This document shows positions 29,431 to 37,868 of a stretch of DNA of 64,000 nt, in pieces. A program made the position numbers and the translations under genes. The DNA comes from Candidatus Krumholzibacteriia bacterium. Lineage in GTDB: Bacteria; Krumholzibacteriota; Krumholzibacteriia; LZORAL124-64-63. The stretch spans positions 128,001 to 192,000 of the forward strand of contig JBFXKG010000007.1 of NCBI GenBank assembly GCA_050174015.1. The letters run 5' to 3'. A model generated the notes under the pieces. It was not told where the DNA came from and did not search any database. It was given only the letters and a program-made list of their open reading frames with translations. How positions within the stretch are numbered: the first letter of the stretch is position 1; the number at the start of each line of letters is the position of its first letter.

Positions 29431-30036
29431 ATGAGTTCCCCAAACGCTGCAGCCGCCACCGGCCAGATGGTCGAGATTCGCTGGCACGCGCGGGGCGGGC
29501 AGGGCGCCAAGACGGCTGCCATGTTCCTGGCCGAGGCGGTGCTGGAAAAGGGAAAGTACGGTCAGGGATTCCCCGAATACGGCCCCGAGCGCCGCGGCGC
29601 CCCCATGCGGGGCTATACCCGCATCAGCGAGAGACCCATCCGCCGGCATTGCATGATCGAGAATCCGGGCATCGTCATCGTCCTGGATCCGAGCCTGCTG
29701 GATTCCCCCGCCGCAGGCGTGACCGCCGGCACGGGCAAGGGCACCGTGTTCCTGGTCAACACCACCGAATCGCCCGCCTTCATCCGCGACAAGCTGAAGG
29801 TCAAGGACGCCAAGGTCTTCACCGTCGATGCCACCGGCATCGCTCTCGATACCATCGGCCGCCCGATCCCCAACATGCCCATGATCGGCGCCCTGCTGGC
29901 CGTGGACGACATGATGACCGTCGAGGAGCTCAAGGGAGCCCTGGTCGGCCAGCTCAGCAGCAAGTTTTCCCAGGCCGTGATCGACGGCAACCTGGCCGCC
30001 GTGGACCGGGCCAACAAGGAGTTGGTGTCCGAATGA
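29431..30036 (+). CDS. porC: Pyruvate/2-oxoacid:ferredoxin oxidoreductase gamma subunit
   Basis: 'EIRWHARGGQGAKTA', 'FPEYGPERRGAP', 'GRPIPN'. RBS AAGGAG. Confidence 0.93.
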   Translation: MSSPNAAAATGQMVEIRWHARGGQGAKTAAMFLAEAVLEKGKYGQGFPEYGPERRGAPMRGYTRISERPIRRHCMIENPGIVIVLDPSLLDSPAAGVTAGTGKGTVFLVNTTESPAFIRDKLKVKDAKVFTVDATGIALDTIGRPIPNMPMIGALLAVDDMMTVEELKGALVGQLSSKFSQAVIDGNLAAVDRANKELVSE

Positions 30037-30341
30037 GTTTCATCAAGACCAAAGAGCTGCCTGAAGGCGGCATCATCCGTGAGGCGGGAAACGCCCACGA
30101 CTACAAGACCGGCGACTGGCGGACGTTCGTCCCGCAGTTCGTCGAGGAGAACTGCATCCACTGCATGTTCTGCTGGATCTACTGCCCCGATTCGGCCATC
30201 GAGATCGACACCACCGGCGGGAAGCCCCTGATGAAGGGCATCATCCTGGACCACTGCAAGGGCTGCGGCATCTGCGCCCACGAGTGTCCTCCCGTCAAGA
30301 AGGGCAAGGCCGCCCTGGTCATGGTCCGCGAAGAGAAGTAG
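30033..30341 (+). CDS. porD: Pyruvate/2-oxoacid:ferredoxin oxidoreductase delta subunit (2x[4Fe-4S])
   Basis: ATG overlaps the gamma stop. 'KTGDWR', 'CIHCMFCWIYCP', 'CKGCGICAHECP'. Confidence 0.93.
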   Translation: MSFIKTKELPEGGIIREAGNAHDYKTGDWRTFVPQFVEENCIHCMFCWIYCPDSAIEIDTTGGKPLMKGIILDHCKGCGICAHECPPVKKGKAALVMVREEK

Positions 30342-30367
30342 CGCCCAGCGCCGGAAAGGATAGAGTC

Positions 30368-31543
30368 ATGAAACAGAAACTCGTGGCGCTGTCGGGAAAC
30401 GAAGCGGTGGCCTACGCCTTCAAGCAGGCCAGACCCCACGTGGCGTCCGCTTTCCCCATCACGCCCCAGACCGAGATGATGCACAAGTTCGCCGAGTTCG
30501 TGGCCAACGGCGAATCGACCACGGAGATGATCCTGGTCGAGAGCGAGCATTCGGCCATGAGCGCGGCCGTGGGTTCGGCCGCCGCCGGCGCCCGCACCTT
30601 CACGGCCACCAGCAGCGCCGGGTTCGCCCTGATGTGGGAGGTCGTCTACATCGCCGCCTCCCTGCGCCTGCCCATCTGCATGGCCCTGGTGAACCGGGCC
30701 CTCAGCGGGAACATCAACATCCACTGCGACCACAGCGACAGCATGGGCGGCCGTGACGCCGGCTGGATCCACCTGTTCAGCGAGAACGCCCAGGAATCCT
30801 ACGACAACGCCGTGATGGCCTGGCGGATCGCCGAGCACATGGACGTCCGCCTGCCGGTGATGGTCAACTACGACGGCTTCATCATCAGCCACACCGCCGA
30901 CAGCCTGCACATGCTGCCCGACGACGTGGCCTACGACTTCATCGGCAAGTACAAGCCCGCCTACACCCTGCTGGACGTCGAGAACCCCATCACGGTCGGT
31001 CCCCTGGATCTGACCGACTACTACTTCGAGCACAAGACCAGCCAGCTGGCCGCCTACGCCAAGGCCGCCGAGGTGGTCCAGAAGGTCAGCGAGGAGTACG
31101 GCGCCCTGACCGGCCGCACCTACGAGTACTGCGAGGAGTACAAGCTGGACGACGCCGACCTGGTCATGGTGATCCTGGGGTCGAGCGCCGGCACCGCCAA
31201 GGACGTCATCGACGACTACCGTGCCAAGGGCGTCAAGGCCGGGCTGCTGAAGATCCGGATGTTCCGCCCCTTCCCGGCGAAGTACATCGCCGAGAAGCTC
31301 GCCGGCCGCAAGGCCGTCGCGGTGCTCGACCGTTCGGCCAGCTTCGGCGGGTTCGGCGGTCCGGTGTTCACCGAGGTGCGCTCGGCGATGTACGGCCAGC
31401 AGGTGCCCCTGCACGGCTACATCTACGGGCTGGGCGGACGCGACTTCGACCTCGGACAGGTCGCCACCGTCATCGAGAACCTGAAGAAGGTCGCCGCCGG
31501 CGGCCGGGTCGAGGACATCAACCTGCTGGGCGTCAGGCTCTAG
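30368..31543 (+). CDS. porA: Pyruvate/2-oxoacid:ferredoxin oxidoreductase alpha subunit
   Basis: 'GNEAVA', 'FPITPQTE', 'VESEHSAMSA', 'NIHCDHSD', 'YGLGGRD'. Confidence 0.95.
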   Translation: MKQKLVALSGNEAVAYAFKQARPHVASAFPITPQTEMMHKFAEFVANGESTTEMILVESEHSAMSAAVGSAAAGARTFTATSSAGFALMWEVVYIAASLRLPICMALVNRALSGNINIHCDHSDSMGGRDAGWIHLFSENAQESYDNAVMAWRIAEHMDVRLPVMVNYDGFIISHTADSLHMLPDDVAYDFIGKYKPAYTLLDVENPITVGPLDLTDYYFEHKTSQLAAYAKAAEVVQKVSEEYGALTGRTYEYCEEYKLDDADLVMVILGSSAGTAKDVIDDYRAKGVKAGLLKIRMFRPFPAKYIAEKLAGRKAVAVLDRSASFGGFGGPVFTEVRSAMYGQQVPLHGYIYGLGGRDFDLGQVATVIENLKKVAAGGRVEDINLLGVRL

Positions 31544-31559
31544 GAAAGGAGGCACGGAC

Positions 31560-32501
31560 ATGGTCGTCAATCTCAAGACATTGACCCAGAACGAAGACCT
31601 CCTCAGCGGAGGGCATCGGGCCTGCGCCGGCTGCACGGGGTCGAACATCCTGCGTCAGATCATGCTGACCGCGGGGAAGGACACCGTCGTCGGCGGGGCC
31701 ACCGGATGCATGGAGGTGGTCACCACCATCTTCCCCTACACCGCCTGGCGGACCTCGTTCATCCACAGCGCGTTCGAGAACTGCGCCGCGACCGTCAGCG
31801 GCGTCGAGACCGCGTTCCGGTCCCTGAAGAAGCACGGCGACCTGCCGGTGCAGCGCGAGAAGATGAACTTCATCGCGTTCGGCGGGGACGGCGGCACCTA
31901 CGACATCGGCATCCAGTCGCTGTCCGGGGCCATGGAGCGCGGCCACAACATGCTGTACGTCTGCTACGACAACGAGGCTTACATGAACACCGGCATCCAG
32001 CGCTCGAGCGCGACGCCCATGGGCGCGCACACCTCGACCGCCCCGGCCGGATCGGTGAAGCAGGGCAAGGAGCAGAACCGCAAGGACCTGACCCGGATCA
32101 TGGTCGCCCACAACATCCCGTACGTGGCCCAGACCACGCCCTACCACTGGAAGGACCTGGCCACCAAGGTGGAGAAGGCCCTGGCCGTGGACGGGCCGGC
32201 GTTCATCAACATCCTGATGCCCTGCACCGTGGGCTGGCACTTCGACACCGCCATCGGCATGGACATCGCCCGCGAAGCGGTCGAGACCAACTTCTGGCCG
32301 CTGTTCGAGGTGGAGCACGGGGTCTACAAGATCAACCACAAGCCGAAGGAACGGCTGCCCATCGCCGACTGGATGAAGAAGCAGGGCCGCTTCAAGCACC
32401 TGTTCAAGCCCGGGAACGAGCACCTGCTGGAACGCAGCCAGCAGCACATCGATGCCGAGTGGAGCAAGCTGCTGAAGCTGGAGGAGATGACCCAGGGCTG
32501 A
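31560..32501 (+). CDS. porB: Pyruvate/2-oxoacid:ferredoxin oxidoreductase beta subunit (TPP-binding)
   Basis: 'GHRACAGC', 'TGCMEV', TPP motif 'GGDGG...DNEAYMNTGIQRS'. Confidence 0.95.
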   Translation: MVVNLKTLTQNEDLLSGGHRACAGCTGSNILRQIMLTAGKDTVVGGATGCMEVVTTIFPYTAWRTSFIHSAFENCAATVSGVETAFRSLKKHGDLPVQREKMNFIAFGGDGGTYDIGIQSLSGAMERGHNMLYVCYDNEAYMNTGIQRSSATPMGAHTSTAPAGSVKQGKEQNRKDLTRIMVAHNIPYVAQTTPYHWKDLATKVEKALAVDGPAFINILMPCTVGWHFDTAIGMDIAREAVETNFWPLFEVEHGVYKINHKPKERLPIADWMKKQGRFKHLFKPGNEHLLERSQQHIDAEWSKLLKLEEMTQG

Positions 32502-32525
32502 CCTTCCGCAATGGTCCATCGCAGC

Positions 32526-32557
32526 AATGGCCGGTCCCCGTGAAGGGACCGGCCATT
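32526..32557. terminator. Hairpin between convergent genes (probable bidirectional terminator)
   Basis: AATGGCCGGTCCC-cgtgaa-GGGACCGGCCATT forms a perfect 13-bp stem. Confidence 0.7.
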
Positions 32558-32561
32558 CTCG

Positions 32562-32903
32562 TCAGGGGCGGGGGGAGGACCGCAGGACCGAGGGGGCGGA
32601 CAGGACCAGCCCGAGGGCCCCGAGGGCGAGCGGCAGGACGGTCAGGGGAAACCGGTCCGCCTGGATCAGGATGACCAGGTCGTTGATCCCGACGAAAGCC
32701 AGGATGAAGGCGTAGAGCCACCAGGTCCAGGCCTGGCCCGCGGGCCAGCCCCTGGCCGCCAGGACCGACGCCGCCAGCCCGTTGGCCACGAGATTGGCAG
32801 CCCCGAAATGGGGCCAGCCCGTCCGGACGATGATCAGGAGCCCCATCATCACGGGGATGAGCCCCGCCAGGGCGCCCGCCAGGATTCCCGCCGATCTCGC
32901 CAT
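32562..32903 (-). CDS. Small hypothetical membrane protein (about 4 TM)
   Basis: RBS GGGAGG before ATG 32903. The 113 aa product is strongly hydrophobic (MARSAGILAGALAGLIPV...). Confidence 0.6.
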   Translation of the reverse strand: MARSAGILAGALAGLIPVMMGLLIIVRTGWPHFGAANLVANGLAASVLAARGWPAGQAWTWWLYAFILAFVGINDLVILIQADRFPLTVLPLALGALGLVLSAPSVLRSSPRP

Positions 32904-32926
32904 GTCCGACCTCCCGGCTTTTGCAG

Positions 32927-32954
32927 TTGATCCGAACTGTAAAAACGATATAAT
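32927..32954 (+). promoter_or_regulatory. Sigma70-like promoter for the TauE-UnbV-UnbU-like operon
   Basis: TTGATC-16 nt-TATAAT. Confidence 0.55.
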
Positions 32955-32979
32955 AACTCCTCTTTTGAGGGGAGACCAG

Positions 32980-34059
32980 ATGGCAATGCTGAACCGGACC
33001 CTGCTGTGGGGCTGCGGACGATCGCCTGTTTTCATGATCGCCCTGGCGACCTGGGCCTGGTGGACGCCTCTGATCACCTGGCAGGATCGCTGGGGGGATT
33101 TCGTCCACCACTTCCCCATGACCCTGACCATGATCCTCGGATCCTTCATCGCCGGGGCCACGAGCGAAGGCGGTGGGGCCGTGGCCTTCCCGGTCCTGAC
33201 GCTGGCTTTCGGGGTCGCCCCGCCCATCGCCCGGGACTTCGCCCTGATGATCCAGTCCGTGGGCATGACCGCCGCCGCGGTGGCCATCATCCGGGCGCGG
33301 ATTCCCGTGGCCTGGGCTGCGGTGGCGCCGGTCAGCCTGGGCGGAGCCCTCGGACTGGTCGGCGGCATCACCTGGCTGTCCCCCCTGATGCCCCCGGCCC
33401 TGGTCAAGATCTTCTTCTGCTGCCTGTGGCTGAGCTTCGCCGTGGCGCTGCACCTGATCAGCCTGAGGGGATCGGTCGGCCAGACCGACGATTTCCGCCC
33501 CGGCGAGTGCGGTCTGCCCGTTCCCGCCCTGTTCGGGATCGGTCTGGTGGGAGGAGTGGTCTCATCCCTGGTGGGATCGGGCATCGACATCCTGACCTTC
33601 GCCTTCCTGACCCTGCAATCACGGCTGAGCGAGCGGGTCGCCACGCCGACGTCGGTGATCCTGATGGCCGTCAACGCCGTCGTGGGATTCGGCTGGCAGG
33701 GGGCGGTGCGCGGGGTGATCGATCCCCGGGCCTGGTCGTTCTGGTACGTCTGCGTCCCGGTCGTGGTCCTGGGGGCGCCGCTTGGCGCCTGGTTCATCCG
33801 GAATCGCTCTTCGGCGTTCATCCGGCGCCTGCTTTACGTGTGCATCGGGGCGCAGTTCATCGGGGCGGTGCTCATCCTGCCCTTCAGCCCCGCACTGTTC
33901 CTGGTGGGCAGTTCGACCTTCGCCGCAGGATCGCTCCTGTTCATCCTGCTCGGCCTGCGGGGCGCCCGGCGGCTGCAGGATCGGGTCCGGCCCCCGGAAA
34001 CCGATCCCCTCGCAACGCCTTCCAGGAGGGGAGACCCTTGTCCCGATCCCGGAACCTGA
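32980..34059 (+). CDS. Sulfite exporter TauE/SafE family membrane protein
   Basis: 'TMILGSFIAGATSEGGGAVAFPV', 'ARDFALMIQSVGM', 'VATPTSVILM', 'VPVVVLGAPLG'. Multiple TM segments. Confidence 0.85.
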   Translation: MAMLNRTLLWGCGRSPVFMIALATWAWWTPLITWQDRWGDFVHHFPMTLTMILGSFIAGATSEGGGAVAFPVLTLAFGVAPPIARDFALMIQSVGMTAAAVAIIRARIPVAWAAVAPVSLGGALGLVGGITWLSPLMPPALVKIFFCCLWLSFAVALHLISLRGSVGQTDDFRPGECGLPVPALFGIGLVGGVVSSLVGSGIDILTFAFLTLQSRLSERVATPTSVILMAVNAVVGFGWQGAVRGVIDPRAWSFWYVCVPVVVLGAPLGAWFIRNRSSAFIRRLLYVCIGAQFIGAVLILPFSPALFLVGSSTFAAGSLLFILLGLRGARRLQDRVRPPETDPLATPSRRGDPCPDPGT

Positions 34060-35933
34060 TCCCCCATCTCCTGATGGCGGTCCTGCTGGCCGGTGGCTGG
34101 TTCGTGATCCGGCCCCGGGCCGCCGCCTTGCCTGACACGGGTCTGGTCTTCACCGAGATCGCCGCCCCGGCCGGGGCGTCCAACGTGCACCGGCCCTGCG
34201 TTCTCTCCGAACGCTTCGCCAACATCATGCCCTGGTTGACCGGGGCCGGCGCCGCGGTGGCCGCCGGCGACTTCGACGGCGACGGCTGGGTGGACTTCTA
34301 CGTGACCAACAGCGGGCGCGGCGTGCCCAACCGCCTGTTCCGGAACGGGGGCGACGGGACCTTCGCCGACGTGGCCTCCCGGGCGGGCGTGGCCGCCTGC
34401 AACGACGAGGGCGCCACCATGGACGCGGCCTTCCTGGATTACGACAACGACGGGGACCAGGACCTCTACGTGGCGCGCTGGGGCGCCGGAAACCTCCTGT
34501 TCGAGAACCGTGGGGACGGGACCTTCCGGGAGGGGAGCCGGGAGGCCGGGGCCGACGTCTGGGGCTATCCCAACGGGATCCTGGTCTTCGACTTCGACCG
34601 GGACGGTCTGCCGGACATCCTCCTGGCCCACTACTTCGCCGCCGAGGTCGAGGACCCGCGGAACGGTCGGCTCGCCCGCAACGACCTGTGGGATCCGGTC
34701 ACCACCAGGGTCATGCACGAGACCACCACCAGCGCCCGCAACGGCGGGTCGAACGTCCTGCTGCACAACCGGGGGGACGGCCGGTTCGTCCGCGCCGAGG
34801 CCGATCTGGGGCTGGTGGAGACGGGGTGGTCCCTCGATGCGGGGGCGGGCGACCTGGACAACGACGGCTGGCCCGACCTCTACGTGGCCAACGACTACGG
34901 TCCGGACGACGTCTACCTCAACGAGGGCGGAACCAGGTTCGTCCGCATCGAGGACGGGCAGGGGCGGCCGGGAATCGGCAGGGACTGGTGGAAGGGCATG
35001 AACGTCGATCTGGCCGACGTGGACGGCAACGGCTACCTGGACATCTACGTGGCCAACATCCTGGTCCCCGGTCACATCGTCGAGGGCAACATGCTGTGGA
35101 TGGGGTACCCGGATCCCCGTCGGCCGGGCGGCGTCCGCTACGACAATCTCGGCGAGAGGAGCGGCGCCATGGACGGAGGCTGGGGCTGGGGCGCCAGGTT
35201 CGGCGACTTCAACAACGACGGGCTGGGCGACCTGCTGGCGGTCAACGGGTTCGTCAGCGGCCGTGATCCCCGCCGCCAGTACTGGTTCGCCCTCCAGGAA
35301 CTGAGCGCCCAGCACAAGGGCAACATCGCCGATGCGGCCAACTGGCTGCCCATGGAGGACCTCGATTTGGCCGGCCACCAGTCCAGCCGCCTGTTCCTGC
35401 AGACCCGGGGCCGGGGGTCCCGCCTGCCCAGGTTCGTCGACGCGGCCGCTTCCTGCGGCCTGACCGACCGCAACGATGGCCGGGGGGTCGCCCTGGCCGA
35501 CATCGACCGGGACGGGGACCTGGACGTCTACGTCGCGAACCAGAACGGGCCCAGCTGCCTGTACCGCAACGACGGGGCGCCCGGGCCCGGCGCCCGCTGG
35601 CTGGGCGTCCTTCTGGAGGGCGATCCGGCCGGTCGGCCGGGCGCGGACGGACGCATCCTGGCCTCCAGCCGCGACGCCTGGGGCGCCAGGGTCACGGTCC
35701 ATGCCGGCCCGCGCCGCTGGCTCCAGGAGGTCGCCGGTGCGAACGGATTCTCCAGTCAGAACCAGAACCGCCTCCACTTCGGCCTGGGCCAGGTGGCCGC
35801 GGTGGACTCGGTGGTGGTCCGCTGGCCGAGCGGTCTGAGGGAGTCGGCGCCCGGTCAGTTGCTGACCCTGGACAGGGACTACCGCTGGCGGGAAGGCCGG
35901 ATCCGGGCGGAACTCGGCAGGGGGCTGCCGTGA
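34038..35933 (+). CDS. CRTAC1/ASPIC-UnbV family FG-GAP repeat protein (secreted)
   Basis: TTG start after RBS AGGAGG, signal peptide, repeated 'D(F/Y)DxDG(W)xD(L/F)YV' units, C-terminal ASPIC/UnbV 'GFSSQN..RLHFGLG...VRWPSG'. Confidence 0.88.
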   Translation: MSRSRNLIPHLLMAVLLAGGWFVIRPRAAALPDTGLVFTEIAAPAGASNVHRPCVLSERFANIMPWLTGAGAAVAAGDFDGDGWVDFYVTNSGRGVPNRLFRNGGDGTFADVASRAGVAACNDEGATMDAAFLDYDNDGDQDLYVARWGAGNLLFENRGDGTFREGSREAGADVWGYPNGILVFDFDRDGLPDILLAHYFAAEVEDPRNGRLARNDLWDPVTTRVMHETTTSARNGGSNVLLHNRGDGRFVRAEADLGLVETGWSLDAGAGDLDNDGWPDLYVANDYGPDDVYLNEGGTRFVRIEDGQGRPGIGRDWWKGMNVDLADVDGNGYLDIYVANILVPGHIVEGNMLWMGYPDPRRPGGVRYDNLGERSGAMDGGWGWGARFGDFNNDGLGDLLAVNGFVSGRDPRRQYWFALQELSAQHKGNIADAANWLPMEDLDLAGHQSSRLFLQTRGRGSRLPRFVDAAASCGLTDRNDGRGVALADIDRDGDLDVYVANQNGPSCLYRNDGAPGPGARWLGVLLEGDPAGRPGADGRILASSRDAWGARVTVHAGPRRWLQEVAGANGFSSQNQNRLHFGLGQVAAVDSVVVRWPSGLRESAPGQLLTLDRDYRWREGRIRAELGRGLP

Positions 35934-36757
35934 GGAAGCCGTTGACGGTCGTCGCACCGAGCCTGCGCGATCCCCGCGTGACCTTGCTGGGCGCGCTTTC
36001 CACCTACACGGTCCTGGGCCAGTTCGTGCTGTTCTTCGACATCCGGCCGGTGGAACTGGCGGCCTGCCTGGCCACGTCCGGGTTCCTGGACCTGGTCATG
36101 ACGGTGGCGATGAAGCGCCGTCTGGAGGTTCCCCTGAGCGGCCTGATCACCGGCCTGAGCATCGGGCTGCTCCTGGAGAGCTACGATCTGCGGGTCTTCT
36201 TCCTGGCGTCCGGGTGGGGGGTCATGTCGAAGTACCTGGTGCGGTACGAGGGACGCCACCTTTTCAATCCCTCCAACTTCGCCGTCGTGGCGGCCCTGGT
36301 CCTGGCCCACGGATCGGCTGCGGTCTCCCAGGGGGCCCAGTGGGGCAACCACGTCGGGTTCGCCCTGGTCATCCTCGTCCTCGGGTCGCTGATGATGATC
36401 CGCGTGGGGCGTTTCCCCGTGGTGGCCGGCTGGCTGTCGGGGTATGTCGCCATGGGATTCATGCGCATCCTGGCCGGACAGGGGGGACTGGTGTTCACCC
36501 TGGGGCCGATGACCAGCGCGGAATTCGCCCTCTTCTCCTTCTCCATGCTGCCGGATCCGAAGACCTCCCCCCGTGAGGTCCCCACCCAGTTCGCCTGGGG
36601 CCTGGGGCTGGGGCTGATGGACGGGATCATGCGCCTGGCGGGGATCAAGTACTCCATGTTCTTCGCCCTGTTCGCCTTCTGTGCAGCCCGGCCCTGGATC
36701 GAGAAGGTCGGTCAGCGGCTTTTCCGGCCGAGGGCGCTGCAGGCGTCCCGCCCCTGA
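35930..36757 (+). CDS. UnbU-like / RnfD-NqrB-like integral membrane protein
   Basis: 'RDPR', 'SKYLVR..GRHLFNPSNF', 'FSFSMLPDPKTSP' motifs. Multi-TM. GTGA overlap with the UnbV-like gene. Confidence 0.75.
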   Translation: MRKPLTVVAPSLRDPRVTLLGALSTYTVLGQFVLFFDIRPVELAACLATSGFLDLVMTVAMKRRLEVPLSGLITGLSIGLLLESYDLRVFFLASGWGVMSKYLVRYEGRHLFNPSNFAVVAALVLAHGSAAVSQGAQWGNHVGFALVILVLGSLMMIRVGRFPVVAGWLSGYVAMGFMRILAGQGGLVFTLGPMTSAEFALFSFSMLPDPKTSPREVPTQFAWGLGLGLMDGIMRLAGIKYSMFFALFAFCAARPWIEKVGQRLFRPRALQASRP

Positions 36758-36858
36758 TTCCGCCGGATCTTTAAGTTGATATTCCATATCAAGTTATCTC
36801 GATTAAGCCTATCGTTTATATATGTTATTTTTTTATGCAAAACTGTTAAACAATTATC

Positions 36859-36887
36859 TTGATCCCCTGGAATCCGTTGTCTACCCT
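36859..36887 (+). promoter_or_regulatory. Sigma70-like promoter for the multiheme cytochrome operon
   Basis: TTGATC-17 nt-TACCCT, preceded by a very AT-rich tract (36770-36858). Confidence 0.45.
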
Positions 36888-36904
36888 TCCCGGACGGAAG
36901 TCAA

Positions 36905-36914
36905 TAAACGTTTA
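36905..36914. promoter_or_regulatory. Palindromic operator candidate (TetR-type)
   Basis: Perfect palindrome TAAACGTTTA between the putative promoter and the RBS. A TetR gene lies in the operon. Confidence 0.4.
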
Positions 36915-36936
36915 CTTCTGCCGTGGAGGTTGAACG

Positions 36937-37854
36937 ATGTTGCGCCTCTTGCTGCCGGCCTCGATGGTGGTGGCCCTCGCATTCCTGCTCGCGGGAACGG
37001 CGCCCGCGATCGCCGGAACGGGCTACCTCGACCAGTTCGAAATCCCCGCAGATGCGGCTTACGCCGGGGCGCAATCCTGCCTCGACTGCCACGACGACGT
37101 CGCCGCCTCCTACGCCCACTCACCGCATGCCGTCGATCTGGGGCTGGCCGTTCCGGGAACCGGAGCGGCTTCCTGCGAGGCCTGCCACGGGCCGGGCAGC
37201 CGGCACGTCGCCGGCGATGGCGAAGGCTTCATCCTCGGCGCGGAACACCTCGGCGGCCTGGACGATGACGGCCTGGTCCTGATGTGTACCCAGTGCCACA
37301 CGGGGCAGGGGCTCGTCTGGGGGGAGGGCCCGCACGCGGGGACGGGAACGACCTGCGCGTCGTGCCATGCCGACCAGGTCCACTTCGCGGTCCAGGCCCT
37401 GCCTGCGGCCGACTACCGCAACCCCTCCGAGTTCTGCCTCCAGTGCCATCCCGACCAGGTGGCCGATTTCCGGATGCCGTTCCGTCACCGGGTGCTCGAA
37501 GGCCAGGTTTCGTGTGCCGACTGCCACGATCCCCACGCAGGCTTCGCGACGGGTTGGAACGGGCTCAACGAGACCTGCCTGGCCTGCCACGTCGAAATGA
37601 GCGGGCCGTTCGTCTTCGAGCATGAGGGCGTTGCGGGTGAGGACTGCACAATCTGCCACCGCCCCCACGGATCGCTCAACGACAAGCTGCTGGTCCAGGA
37701 CGGCAACGGGCTGTGCCTGCAGTGCCACTTCGAATCCGGCCTCACCTTCGGCGACACGGGGCACCAGGGGGTCCTGGTCAACGAGGCCCGGTGCTACGAC
37801 TGCCACGGCGAGGTGCACGGATCCCATACCTCCCCAACCCTGGGTTACAACTAG
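36937..37854 (+). CDS. Periplasmic decaheme c-type cytochrome, MtrA/DmsE/PioA family
   Basis: Sec-pathway signal peptide. Ten CxxCH motifs (CLDCH, CEACH, CTQCH, CASCH, CLQCH, CADCH, CLACH, CTICH, CLQCH, CYDCH). Family motifs 'CHGPGS', 'GPFVFEH', 'CH.PHGS', 'VHGSH'. Confidence 0.93.
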   Translation: MLRLLLPASMVVALAFLLAGTAPAIAGTGYLDQFEIPADAAYAGAQSCLDCHDDVAASYAHSPHAVDLGLAVPGTGAASCEACHGPGSRHVAGDGEGFILGAEHLGGLDDDGLVLMCTQCHTGQGLVWGEGPHAGTGTTCASCHADQVHFAVQALPAADYRNPSEFCLQCHPDQVADFRMPFRHRVLEGQVSCADCHDPHAGFATGWNGLNETCLACHVEMSGPFVFEHEGVAGEDCTICHRPHGSLNDKLLVQDGNGLCLQCHFESGLTFGDTGHQGVLVNEARCYDCHGEVHGSHTSPTLGYN

Positions 37855-37868
37855 GAAGGAGCGAGGCC

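Noticed and set aside
34038..36757. Enediyne biosynthetic gene cluster
   Set aside because: No PKS, thioesterase or tailoring genes in the window.
36776..36792. Canonical FNR box
   Set aside because: The TTGAT and ATCAA half-sites are 7 nt apart, not 4. Kept only as a generic palindrome.
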